64,000 nucleotides of DNA. It comes from an uncultured bacterium. Its GTDB lineage: Bacteria; Verrucomicrobiota; Lentisphaeria; Victivallales; UBA1829. Numbering within the stretch: the first letter of the stretch is position 1; each line of letters opens with the position of its first letter. Below, one piece after another: positions 31,431 through 40,251 of this stretch. Location of the stretch: contig CACZEK010000001.1 of the NCBI GenBank assembly GCA_902780135.1, positions 64,663-128,662 of the forward strand, written 5' to 3'. Under the pieces are notes generated by a model, which was not told where the DNA came from, did not search any database, and saw nothing but the letters and a program-made list of their open reading frames with translations. A program made the translations under genes and the position numbers.

Positions 31431-33257
31431 TTACCGGGCAAACAGGTCCACGAGCTTGTCATAGGTCAGCGGTTTGAGGAGGATCCCCGTGAAGAGACTG
31501 TTCCGGGCGTCATGCTGGAACTCCGTGTCGGCGGTCAGGGCAAAGACCGGAAGATGGCAGAAGCGGGAATCGGCGCGGAGCTTCTCGATAAATTCCATCC
31601 CGTTCATATTCGGCATCCAGAGGTCGGAGAGGACGAAATCGTGCGGACGCCCCTCCTTCACGCCGGAATCAAGCTTCGCAAGCGCTTCCCCGCCGTCGCA
31701 TGCCTGGTCGATCGAGGCGACGCCAGCCTTCTTGAGAAAAGCCGTCAGGACGGAACGGTTGACCTTGGAATCGTCGATGACAAGCACGTGTTTCGGCAGG
31801 TTCTCCGGCGCGGCGGCGGGTTTCGGCGCGGCGGCAGGCTTCGGCTTCTCCTCATCGGCTGCGATCCCCGGAATGCGCGCCCGGAACGTCGACCCCTTCC
31901 CGACTTCGCTTTCGACAACGAGTTCGCCGCCCATCGCTTCGATCAGGCTTCTGCAGATGGAGAGTCCCAGCCCCGTCCCGCGGGCCCTGTCCGCCGCATG
32001 GCTGGGGTCCTGGACCTGGACGAACGGGTCGAGGACGTGCGTCAGCATGTCGGGCGGGATGCCGCAGCCCGTGTCGGAGACGGAGACCTCAAGGGTCGAT
32101 CCGGCATAAGACGCGGCAACCGTGACGCTTCCCCTTTCCGTGAACTTGACCGCGTTCCCGATCAGATTGAAGAGGATCTGGCGGAAACGGTGTTCATCCA
32201 GGAGAACCGCCGGCACGTCCGCCGTCCGGTTGACAAGCTCAAGCCCCTTCCTGTTGGCGATCATCCTGAAAGATGCGAACACTGCGTCCGTCAGCCGATC
32301 CAGCCGCAACGGTTCCGGATGGAACGTCATCTTCCCCGAATCAAGTTTCGCAAGGTCGAGGACATCATTCACGAGCTCCAGGAGCGTCGTGCCGCTTTCC
32401 CGGATGGATTTGAGCGCATCGTCCTTCTCCGCCGCACTGCTGATCCCGCGCTGAAGAAGCTCGGCATATCCGAGTATCGCGTTGAGCGGGGTGCGGATGT
32501 CGTGGCTCACGATGCTGAAGAACATGCTCCGCGCTTTCTCCGCCGCGCGGGCGCGCTCGAGCGCCTTCTCAAGCTCGACCATGTGCCTCGCCGCCTGTTC
32601 GTCCTGGATGACGAACACATGGAAGAAGCAGTTGCAGATGAGGCAGCCGAGCGCGGTAAACGGCGTGAGCGGCCAGATGACCTGCAGAAGATTTGCCACA
32701 GCGATCGTGACCGAAAACAGGAGCACCATCATGTCCCGCCTGCGGTCGGAATCCCGGCTGCCAAGCGCCTTCGCGAACACGAAAACCGCGATCAGGACGA
32801 TGAAGGCGATCAGAAGGGAAAAGGCAAGATACCGTTTGTCGCCGAACAGATAGGTCCCCTGCTCGTCGAACGAGAAAAAGCAGCCGTTGAAGCAGTTCGC
32901 CGCCAGCATCACGACGTTGAACGCCAGAAGCGCATACCCGGACCAGGACAGGATCTGCGACGTCCGTTTGCCGAGCCCGAGGTAGGCGATGACGAACCGG
33001 CACCACATGAAGACGAATACGGGAAGGGAGAAGAAGAACAGAATGGTGTCAAGGTAAAGGAGACGCGTCCAGTCAAGTCCCGCCAGAATGCCCCATGCCC
33101 CGTCGGACACATAATAGAACAGGACCCCGAACAGGAATCCGCGGTAACGCTTCCCGCGCTCGGAAACGATCCCCCTGCCGATGAAGAAATTATAGTTGAT
33201 GATCAGGTGGATCGCTATCGCGACCAAAGAGAATATGGAGTACGAGTAGCCCTGCAT
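31431..33257 (-). CDS. Hybrid sensor histidine kinase / response regulator
   Basis: TM sensor, SHDIRTPLN, NLIGNAVKF, GTGLGL, LSDLWMP; start set to MQGY at 33257. Confidence 0.93.
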   Translation of the reverse strand: MQGYSYSIFSLVAIAIHLIINYNFFIGRGIVSERGKRYRGFLFGVLFYYVSDGAWGILAGLDWTRLLYLDTILFFFSLPVFVFMWCRFVIAYLGLGKRTSQILSWSGYALLAFNVVMLAANCFNGCFFSFDEQGTYLFGDKRYLAFSLLIAFIVLIAVFVFAKALGSRDSDRRRDMMVLLFSVTIAVANLLQVIWPLTPFTALGCLICNCFFHVFVIQDEQAARHMVELEKALERARAAEKARSMFFSIVSHDIRTPLNAILGYAELLQRGISSAAEKDDALKSIRESGTTLLELVNDVLDLAKLDSGKMTFHPEPLRLDRLTDAVFASFRMIANRKGLELVNRTADVPAVLLDEHRFRQILFNLIGNAVKFTERGSVTVAASYAGSTLEVSVSDTGCGIPPDMLTHVLDPFVQVQDPSHAADRARGTGLGLSICRSLIEAMGGELVVESEVGKGSTFRARIPGIAADEEKPKPAAAPKPAAAPENLPKHVLVIDDSKVNRSVLTAFLKKAGVASIDQACDGGEALAKLDSGVKEGRPHDFVLSDLWMPNMNGMEFIEKLRADSRFCHLPVFALTADTEFQHDARNSLFTGILLKPLTYDKLVDLFAR

Positions 33258-33484
33258 AAAAACGTTTTGTGGTTCGGAGAACGCGTTATCTGTTGATGTT
33301 TCTACATAATATATGCCGCGGGATGAAAAAATCAAGCTGCTTTTTCTTTTTTATTTTCCCTTCTTCATCCTCCCCGGGAACCGTCCCGGCGGTTTTCGCC
33401 GCCTCGCAGGAAACTCCGGCGGGCGGGCCCCTTGCCGCCCGGGGACGCGCCTCCTCCGCCGCCGGAACGCCGTTCCGTTCCGCC

Positions 33485-34168
33485 TCAATTCTTCCGGAAC
33501 TTTTTCTCCACGGAAATGATCCGGAGCACGACGCAGAAAACCGCCGGGATGAGGAATACCGCGTACGGCGAAACGTCTCTGAACGCAAACGCCCCGGTCA
33601 CCGCCCCGAGGATAAAGGAGAGGATCACGAGATAATAATGCTTGGCTTTATAGATCTCCTGGGGATCGTGGTGGAACAGCCCGGAGAACAGGGCGTTGGT
33701 CCCCTTCCGCAGGTTTCCCGTGCAGGTGGTCGAGACGAACGGCAGGCCGTGGACGTGCTGGAACGCCCGGACCTGCATGGCGCAGATGAACGAGATCATC
33801 CCGTTGGCAAGAAGATTCCAGTCTCCCGAGGGGATGAACGCCACGGGAATCAGGACGAGTATCTCCAGAAGCAGAACGAACTGCTTCCACGAGAGATTCC
33901 ACGGCAGCGGCATTTTCTCATGGATGATGTTTGCGACCAGGATCCCGGAGCCGTATGCGGAAATGGCGAACAGGTATCTGCCGCAGTTCAGCCAGTTCCC
34001 GTCGGCGAGGTTCATCCCGAGCAGGACCATGTTCCCCGTGATGGCGTTGGCGAAGACGTGCCCCCTCAGCATGTAGGAATAAATGTCAAGCAGCCCGGCC
34101 GCAAACGTCAGAAGACATGCGACCAGAAGGCTCTCGCCCTGATGCGTCTGTTCCGGCTCCGGCTTCAT
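33485..34168 (-). CDS. YoaK / DUF1275 family membrane protein
   Basis: AGLLDIYSY...VFANAITGN and TTCTGN motifs. Confidence 0.88.
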   Translation of the reverse strand: MKPEPEQTHQGESLLVACLLTFAAGLLDIYSYMLRGHVFANAITGNMVLLGMNLADGNWLNCGRYLFAISAYGSGILVANIIHEKMPLPWNLSWKQFVLLLEILVLIPVAFIPSGDWNLLANGMISFICAMQVRAFQHVHGLPFVSTTCTGNLRKGTNALFSGLFHHDPQEIYKAKHYYLVILSFILGAVTGAFAFRDVSPYAVFLIPAVFCVVLRIISVEKKFRKN

Positions 34169-34189
34169 GATTCCCCGATGCTCTCCGTC

Positions 34190-34633
34190 TTACGGCTCCT
34201 CGCCGGCGGATGCTTCCACGGACTCCGCGTCCGCGGGGGATGTGACGATCAGCACGGACTCCTGCCGGAAAAGCCGTCTGTACTGCCGGGCGATCCGCCG
34301 GACTTTCTCCTTTGCGCCGGACGGCGCCAGGACCACGATGACGCGTGTGTCCTCGCGCATGGCGGCGGGGGCATTTTCCGGCTTCCAGCTGCCGGTCGCG
34401 CGCATCGTCGTGTAGCCGTCGGGGAATTCCGCCGTCACATACCGGTCGCAGAACTGCTCCCATTCGGCGTCCGTGACGGCGCCGCCGCTTCGGGACATCC
34501 CGCAGAAGACCTTGTACTCCCGCCAGTCCTCATGCGAGGCGCAAATGCACCCCGTGAGAAGCAGGCATGCCCCCAAAAGAAGCGATACGGTCTTCGCCGC
34601 GCGTTTTATGTCGTTCCGGTCTGTCATGGTCAT
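34190..34633 (-). CDS. DUF3574 family lipoprotein
   Basis: LLTG-C lipobox; EWEQF...FPDGYT...G-W; YRRLFRQESV. Confidence 0.8.
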   Translation of the reverse strand: MTMTDRNDIKRAAKTVSLLLGACLLLTGCICASHEDWREYKVFCGMSRSGGAVTDAEWEQFCDRYVTAEFPDGYTTMRATGSWKPENAPAAMREDTRVIVVLAPSGAKEKVRRIARQYRRLFRQESVLIVTSPADAESVEASAGEEP

Positions 34634-34679
34634 GGTCAGCCTCGATTTCCTTTCTTTCCTCCTCAAACGGCACGGCCGC

Positions 34680-35645
34680 TCACCGCCCCGCGGAATCGAA
34701 CTCCTCCTGCGTCACGTTCACGACCTCGCCCTGCTCCGGCCGGATGCCGGACCTGACGCCGCGTTTCTGAGAGAAGAGCCAGTCCCAGACCTCGGGGTTC
34801 CGGTAGGTCCGCGTCCAGCAATCGTGCGGGCAATCCGGATACTCTTCGTAGAACACGTCGTCGCTGCCCGCTTCCTTCAGCGCGGCATACATGCGCCGGG
34901 ACAGCATCACGGGCAGAGTCCGGTCGGCTCCGCCGTGGAAGATGCGGATCGGCAGGTCTTTCATCTTTTCCGCCTGGGCGGGATCCCCGCCGCCGCTGCA
35001 CGTCACGCCCGCCGCGAAAAGGCCGGTCCCGTAACGCTCCATCAGCTCCCATGCGCCGTAGCCGCCCAGCGAAAGCCCGGTGATGTACACGCGGTCGGGA
35101 TCGGCGCCGAACTCCGCGATCTTCTTCTGGATAAGGACAGGGACCATGCCGAGCGCGGGTCTGGGCTTCCCGGCGAGTTTCGCCTCCGCGCCGCCGAAAT
35201 GCCGCGTGGCCCACAGCTGGTCGCCGGGACACTGCGGCGCGAGCAGGACGACTTTCTGTTTCGCGGCCTTGATCTGCTTCACGATGTCGGGGACGGCAAG
35301 GCGGATGTTGGCGAGGTTTTCGCTGCCGCGCTCGCCGATGCCGTGCAGAAAAACGAGGATCGCGGGCCTGCCGGGCTGATCTTCGTTGTAGACGCCCTGG
35401 CAGTACGAAAGGCTGCCCCGATCGTTCGAGATCGTTTCCCGCTTCATGCCGTTTTCGTCCAGGATCCGCAGTTCGTTGGCGAACTGCCGCCGGATCCGGT
35501 CGGACGGCGCTTCGTCCTCCGTGATCACGGCCGCGGCCGCCGCCGCAACGAGGGCCGGATCGGCGGGCTTGAAGGCGGAACCGGACGAGCATGCCGCCAG
35601 CACGCCGAGCATGGCACAGCCGAGCATACGGATATTCTTTTTCAT
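34680..35645 (-). CDS. Alpha/beta hydrolase lipoprotein (predicted peptidase/phospholipase-esterase)
   Basis: LAA-C lipobox, FLHGIGERG, GLSLGG nucleophile, FHGGAD, H in PHDCW. Confidence 0.85.
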   Translation of the reverse strand: MKKNIRMLGCAMLGVLAACSSGSAFKPADPALVAAAAAAVITEDEAPSDRIRRQFANELRILDENGMKRETISNDRGSLSYCQGVYNEDQPGRPAILVFLHGIGERGSENLANIRLAVPDIVKQIKAAKQKVVLLAPQCPGDQLWATRHFGGAEAKLAGKPRPALGMVPVLIQKKIAEFGADPDRVYITGLSLGGYGAWELMERYGTGLFAAGVTCSGGGDPAQAEKMKDLPIRIFHGGADRTLPVMLSRRMYAALKEAGSDDVFYEEYPDCPHDCWTRTYRNPEVWDWLFSQKRGVRSGIRPEQGEVVNVTQEEFDSAGR

Positions 35646-35871
35646 GTTCGTTCTTTTCGGAAAAATTCAGGGGTTGTATGGAACAGGATTCAGGCTCATC
35701 CCCGGTTCGTTATGCGCTCGGCGGCGGACCGCCTGCCGATTTTCAGCACAATATACACCCGTATGCGGCTGAAATCAAACCGGGAACAGAAGAAAATGCC
35801 GATCGGCAGGATAAAAAAAGAAAAAACCGCAGGAGCTTCGTAAACTCTTGCGGTCCGCATGACTTCAAAAA

Positions 35872-35948
<77 letters not shown>

Positions 35949-36119
35949 ACGGTCAAGACGCAAAATCGTTTTGCGTGTTATTACTATACTCCCGTTTCCG
36001 AAAAAATCAAGCGGATTTCTCACGAAAAAACGGGTTTTGTATGTTTTTTTGGTTCTTCGACGGCTCTCCGGCCGCACGGACGAAGGGGGGGGAGACACGG
36101 CAAGAGAGGCCGCCTCCGC

Positions 36120-36148
36120 TTGACTTTCAGGGGCTGAGGTAGTATATT
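36120..36148 (+). promoter_or_regulatory. Sigma70 promoter outside the element pointing at the integrase
   Basis: TTGACT-N17-TATATT. Confidence 0.55.
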
Positions 36149-36277
36149 TTGCTTACGATTTGCTTACGTTTTTGCGTACATTTTCCCGAAAACAGGGCTA
36201 AAACGGCCCAAAAAACAAGAAAGGAACGGCTGTAAAGCGGATGTAATAATGACTGCACAACTTCACAAAACCGAGGC

Positions 36278-36307
36278 AAAAAAAAGGACTTACGATGTCG
36301 CAAGCCC
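36278..36307 (-). terminator. Terminator downstream of the duplicated tRNA-Met 3' half
   Basis: On the minus strand, GGGCTTGCG...CGTAAGTCC stem followed by T8. Confidence 0.7.
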
Positions 36308-36363
36308 TGAAAAATCTTTGGTAGCGGGGGTTGGAATCGAACCAACGGCCTCCAGGTTATGAG
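36308..36363. repeat. att direct repeat (left junction): 3' half of initiator tRNA-Met plus trailer
   Basis: 56/56 identical to 53852-53907; identity stops at the edge of the anticodon loop (CTCATAA). Confidence 0.97.
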
Positions 36364-36431
36364 GGTACTCATTCTGAGGTCATTTAGAAAGGTAGTTCGG
36401 TTTCTGTTAGGTTACGGGAGTAGTCTGACAG

Positions 36432-37778
36432 GTGAAAAACAAAACCACTCGCCGTACCAGAGGAACAGGGGCAATCTTCAAAAGAAACGGGAAATTCCTT
36501 TACCAGTGGAAGTGCATTACTGGAAAGATTAAGACAAAGACGCTGAGAGCAGGCACATTGGAAGAAGCGGAGAAAGAAATTGAAAGCATTCTCCAGGAAG
36601 AAATCAAGCTGTCTGCCATTGATTCAAAGATTACCTACATGCACCAGATTGCAGAAGCAAAAGCGCTTCTGCATGTGTGCCGAGTTCCTTTGACGGAATT
36701 GGAGGATGCTTTTTTCTCTCATCCCTCTGCACCGACCGTTTCTCCCAAGCATAGATCCAATTACCATTCCATTCTTACATCCTTCGCAGACTTCGCATCT
36801 CGTATGCAGGCGAAAATTGCAGCAGACGTTACGGAAGAAATCGCACAAGCGTATCTGACCTACTACTGGAACAGGGGAGTATCGCCGAAGACGTACAACA
36901 GTGTGCTGAACATGCTTCAATGCGTCTTTCGCTTGTTGTGCAAGGACAACAATCCATTTGCCGAGTTCAAAAAAAGACCGGGACAGATAGAGGAACGTGT
37001 GCCATTCACGGTTGAACAGCTTCAGAAGATCTGGGAGACGCTGAACTCCCCCACATACCACATGCTGCACAAAGAGGAAATGATCGTCCTCTACAAGCTG
37101 GCGCTTTATACTGGCGCTCGTTGTGGCGATCTCTGTCTGTTGCGCTGGTCCTCGGTCGATATGCAGAACAGAGTTATTCGGTTCATGCCCCACAAGACAG
37201 CCCACAGCAGCCACAAGATCGTGGAGATTCCCATTGGTGACGTTCTTTATGAAGCGTTGTCTTCGCTGGACCTGAGTACCGACTACGTTCTTCCGAATGT
37301 TGCATATCGGTATCAGCACAATTCAGGGGGCATATCAAGAGACACGAAAAAGCTGCTGGTAGCAGCTGGACTGAAACCGAACGATTCCGGGACTACTCGT
37401 CGTGTACTTGCTGTTTCGAGAATGGGCTTTCATGGATTCAGGCACACAGCAGCGTCTATGATGATCTGTAACGGCGTCAATCCTCTGGTCGTGCGTGATC
37501 TTCTGGGACACACCTCGGTCGATATGACGGCGCACTACACTCACGTCAACCTTGAGACGAAACGAGAAGCCCTGCAGAACCTGAACGTCCTTCCGTGTCT
37601 TCCTCAACCGAAACTCATCGGTGGAGAGAAGCCCATCTCTGAAATAATCAGGGAACTAAGTACAGAAAAGCTCGCCACTCTCGGACAATGGCTGGACGAC
37701 AACTTGACAATCAACCAAAGGGAAAGACTGCGAGAGTTACTGCCCTTTGCAGGGAACGAAGTAACCGTCGCCAGTTAA
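36432..37778 (+). CDS. Tyrosine recombinase/integrase with N-terminal arm-binding domain
   Basis: RRTRGTGAIFKR N-terminus; catalytic TGAR, FHGFRH, LLGH, TAHY. Confidence 0.95.
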   Translation: MKNKTTRRTRGTGAIFKRNGKFLYQWKCITGKIKTKTLRAGTLEEAEKEIESILQEEIKLSAIDSKITYMHQIAEAKALLHVCRVPLTELEDAFFSHPSAPTVSPKHRSNYHSILTSFADFASRMQAKIAADVTEEIAQAYLTYYWNRGVSPKTYNSVLNMLQCVFRLLCKDNNPFAEFKKRPGQIEERVPFTVEQLQKIWETLNSPTYHMLHKEEMIVLYKLALYTGARCGDLCLLRWSSVDMQNRVIRFMPHKTAHSSHKIVEIPIGDVLYEALSSLDLSTDYVLPNVAYRYQHNSGGISRDTKKLLVAAGLKPNDSGTTRRVLAVSRMGFHGFRHTAASMMICNGVNPLVVRDLLGHTSVDMTAHYTHVNLETKREALQNLNVLPCLPQPKLIGGEKPISEIIRELSTEKLATLGQWLDDNLTINQRERLRELLPFAGNEVTVAS

Positions 37779-37791
37779 TCGACAAAAGCCA

Positions 37792-40215
37792 TCATATCTC
37801 CTCCTTAACTTTCTCCTGCGCTTTTTTCAGGATTTCGAAATACTCTTTCTCATCTATCGCCCGCAGCTGTACTGCATGCTCGCAATATCTCAGCATGGCT
37901 CCGATTACCTTGTTCGAGGGTTGGGCATCGTCCTTTTCTCTGTAATGGTACACAAGGCTGCGGAACATTTCATCTCTCGTACAGACCGGCTTATAGACAG
38001 AATACATGTCTTCATCTTCTCGGACGCAATAAAAGGGAAGGTCTTCAACATCCGCATGGCTCATGCTGAATTTATCATACCTGAACCTATAAAGGTCAGT
38101 GGAAACAGTCTTCTTTTTTTTGCCCTTTTGCTTCTTGGCGCTCTGTTCGCTGGAAGAACCCAAATCGACCGTTCGGTTGATTCTTTCCATGGTCAGGACG
38201 ATGCGTGGCATTCTCTTTGGATCACCACCCCCAAGAGGTTTTCCCAATTCTGTCGTATGGTGGATGGCGAGGACTGCCATGCCGGGCATAGCTTTCATAA
38301 GCAGGCTGAGAAAACGTAAAGACCCCTCAATATTCTTCTTATTCCAGACACTGACGAGGGTGTCAACGATCAGAAGATCCAGTGGATGTCCCGGAGTTCC
38401 TTTGCTATAGGTGTATGTCGCGAGTTTGTTCCTGTAAGCTTCGACATCCGGCTTTTCGTAATACTTATCGAAAAACTCCTCTTCTGTTGGCGCGTTTTCA
38501 ATGAAGATATTCTCTTTTTGTTCTTCGCTGAGTCCACGCAAGCAGATTTTCTTCCACGACGTTTCCAGGTCAGGGATGCAGTCGAAATTCCAGTAAAGGA
38601 TTTTCATTGGAGATTCAGCGCAACAGCGAGTCCAGAAGCGCTCCTTCATATACTTCCGGTCATTCCCTTTCACGAGATACCGGATCAGCGAACGGCAGAA
38701 ACGGCTCTTCCCTGCCGCCGGAGGTCCGGCTAAAACGGTAATGGCGTTGCGATAGAGAAGCGACCGTATCAGGATACCTTCTGCCGGATTCTTTTTGACG
38801 GGTACAGTCTGTTCTTCAGGTGCCCAGAATGGCGGAGCTTCCCGTTCTTTCCGAATCTTGGCAAGCATCGTGAAAAACTCGGTTACATCCATGGGAGGGA
38901 TCATAGACTCCGGCACGATTTGAGGAGAAGTGCGATTATATTCCCTGACGAGTTCTTCAGGTGTCGCGATTGTCAACGTACTGCCTGGATACTGGACTTC
39001 CCGCTGAACAAAAACGCAGTTTTTGATTTTGACCCCTGATTTCTTAATGTACTCGAATACCCTTGCGATCTCCTCGTAAGCGTCTGCCAAGGTCCCCCCG
39101 TTATGATTGGACACAAGGAAGATGATTTTTTTCTTGATAAGCGGAGTGAAATCGATCAATTCCAGTTTTTCTCCGACATCCACGAAACTGGTGAATGCAA
39201 CAGCGTCAAGGCTCTTATTCTTGCGTTGCAAAGCTTCTGCATCCTGGATGCAGGCACAGAGCACAACAGTTTCCGTATCTGGGGACAAAACCTGTTCACT
39301 CCCCCATAATGGGAGTTGAGTTTTGTTTGGAAACCCGGTCATGACGTCGTTCGAGCATCCATCCAAATGAATAAGAATAGAAGGAATCAACGCCTCACGA
39401 AGTCCACAGGCTTCGGGATTCAAGAACAAACGGTGAAGACGCATCTCCGGATAGCCGTCCACCAGGCTGTAATCCATCGGACCAAGGGGATTATAGAAGA
39501 CCGGAGGTGGAAGGGTAACGTTATCACGGTTTATGCCAGATGCAAAAGGCGTTAATATAGTGTTGTTCGGCCTCACTTTTTCTGGATCACACAAATCGTA
39601 TCGCCGGGGAAAACCGGAATTGTACCATTTTTTTAGGGCGCGTTGATAATCTACGAACACAGCAGGATTATCATCCCGTTCAGTTGGCAAGGTGGTGGGA
39701 AACAGTTGCAAGTGGAAAGTCGTTGACAACTTAAAGGTTGAATAAGGATGATTTCCTGTTTTAAAAAAATTCAAGAGATCATTGATCCTGTCCGGGTCGG
39801 ATGGAACGGACTTTTTTCGAGTGTAATCAAATACTGAAATCTCTTCAGGACTTGCATCGGTCTTGATGGGAATCCAGGCGAGACTGTTTAAATTTCCGTC
39901 TGTTTCTGTCCCCATTTTTGAAAAAAAGAGGCGAGGAGGATCCTTCGCCAAAAAAGCAGAATACACCGTGCTTCCTTTTTTGACCGAAAACTTAGGAGCA
40001 TAAGGTTCATCATGCCCTGGATGCACAAATTCGCTGTATCTCATGTAATCATAATCTTCTCCAGCTGGGGTTGAAATGTACCTGGCATAGAGCATCAGCG
40101 ACAGTTTTTCCTTGATCACAGCTTCAGAGATGTCCAGCGGCAGGAGACCTGTTGCTCCGACTGCTGTAAAGTCGATATTCCTAACCGTCCTGATGTAATT
40201 CCAATGTCCGCTCAT
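37792..40215 (-). CDS. 807-aa protein: degenerate TOPRIM-like region plus AAA_25 (RepA/SF4-like) ATPase
   Basis: GPPAAGKS Walker A, LLIVDT Walker B, LAIHH; PLW...VVLCACIQDAEAL...DFTPL...IIFLVSNH TOPRIM-like pattern; GGAG SD. Confidence 0.65.
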   Translation of the reverse strand: MSGHWNYIRTVRNIDFTAVGATGLLPLDISEAVIKEKLSLMLYARYISTPAGEDYDYMRYSEFVHPGHDEPYAPKFSVKKGSTVYSAFLAKDPPRLFFSKMGTETDGNLNSLAWIPIKTDASPEEISVFDYTRKKSVPSDPDRINDLLNFFKTGNHPYSTFKLSTTFHLQLFPTTLPTERDDNPAVFVDYQRALKKWYNSGFPRRYDLCDPEKVRPNNTILTPFASGINRDNVTLPPPVFYNPLGPMDYSLVDGYPEMRLHRLFLNPEACGLREALIPSILIHLDGCSNDVMTGFPNKTQLPLWGSEQVLSPDTETVVLCACIQDAEALQRKNKSLDAVAFTSFVDVGEKLELIDFTPLIKKKIIFLVSNHNGGTLADAYEEIARVFEYIKKSGVKIKNCVFVQREVQYPGSTLTIATPEELVREYNRTSPQIVPESMIPPMDVTEFFTMLAKIRKEREAPPFWAPEEQTVPVKKNPAEGILIRSLLYRNAITVLAGPPAAGKSRFCRSLIRYLVKGNDRKYMKERFWTRCCAESPMKILYWNFDCIPDLETSWKKICLRGLSEEQKENIFIENAPTEEEFFDKYYEKPDVEAYRNKLATYTYSKGTPGHPLDLLIVDTLVSVWNKKNIEGSLRFLSLLMKAMPGMAVLAIHHTTELGKPLGGGDPKRMPRIVLTMERINRTVDLGSSSEQSAKKQKGKKKKTVSTDLYRFRYDKFSMSHADVEDLPFYCVREDEDMYSVYKPVCTRDEMFRSLVYHYREKDDAQPSNKVIGAMLRYCEHAVQLRAIDEKEYFEILKKAQEKVKEEI

Positions 40216-40251
40216 GTCTACTCTCCGAAAGTAAAGCAGCCGTCTTTCTGC

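Noticed and set aside
2402-35843. Long antisense and alternate-frame ORFs in the track (e.g. 8137-11997, 8457-11186, 29172-33296, 16524-18173)
   Set aside because: They shadow well-supported genes, are typical of high-GC codon bias, and show no recognisable motifs.
25900-35870. Older island integrated at tRNA-Arg
   Set aside because: The gene content looks accessory, but I found no duplicated tRNA-Arg 3' end and no integrase.
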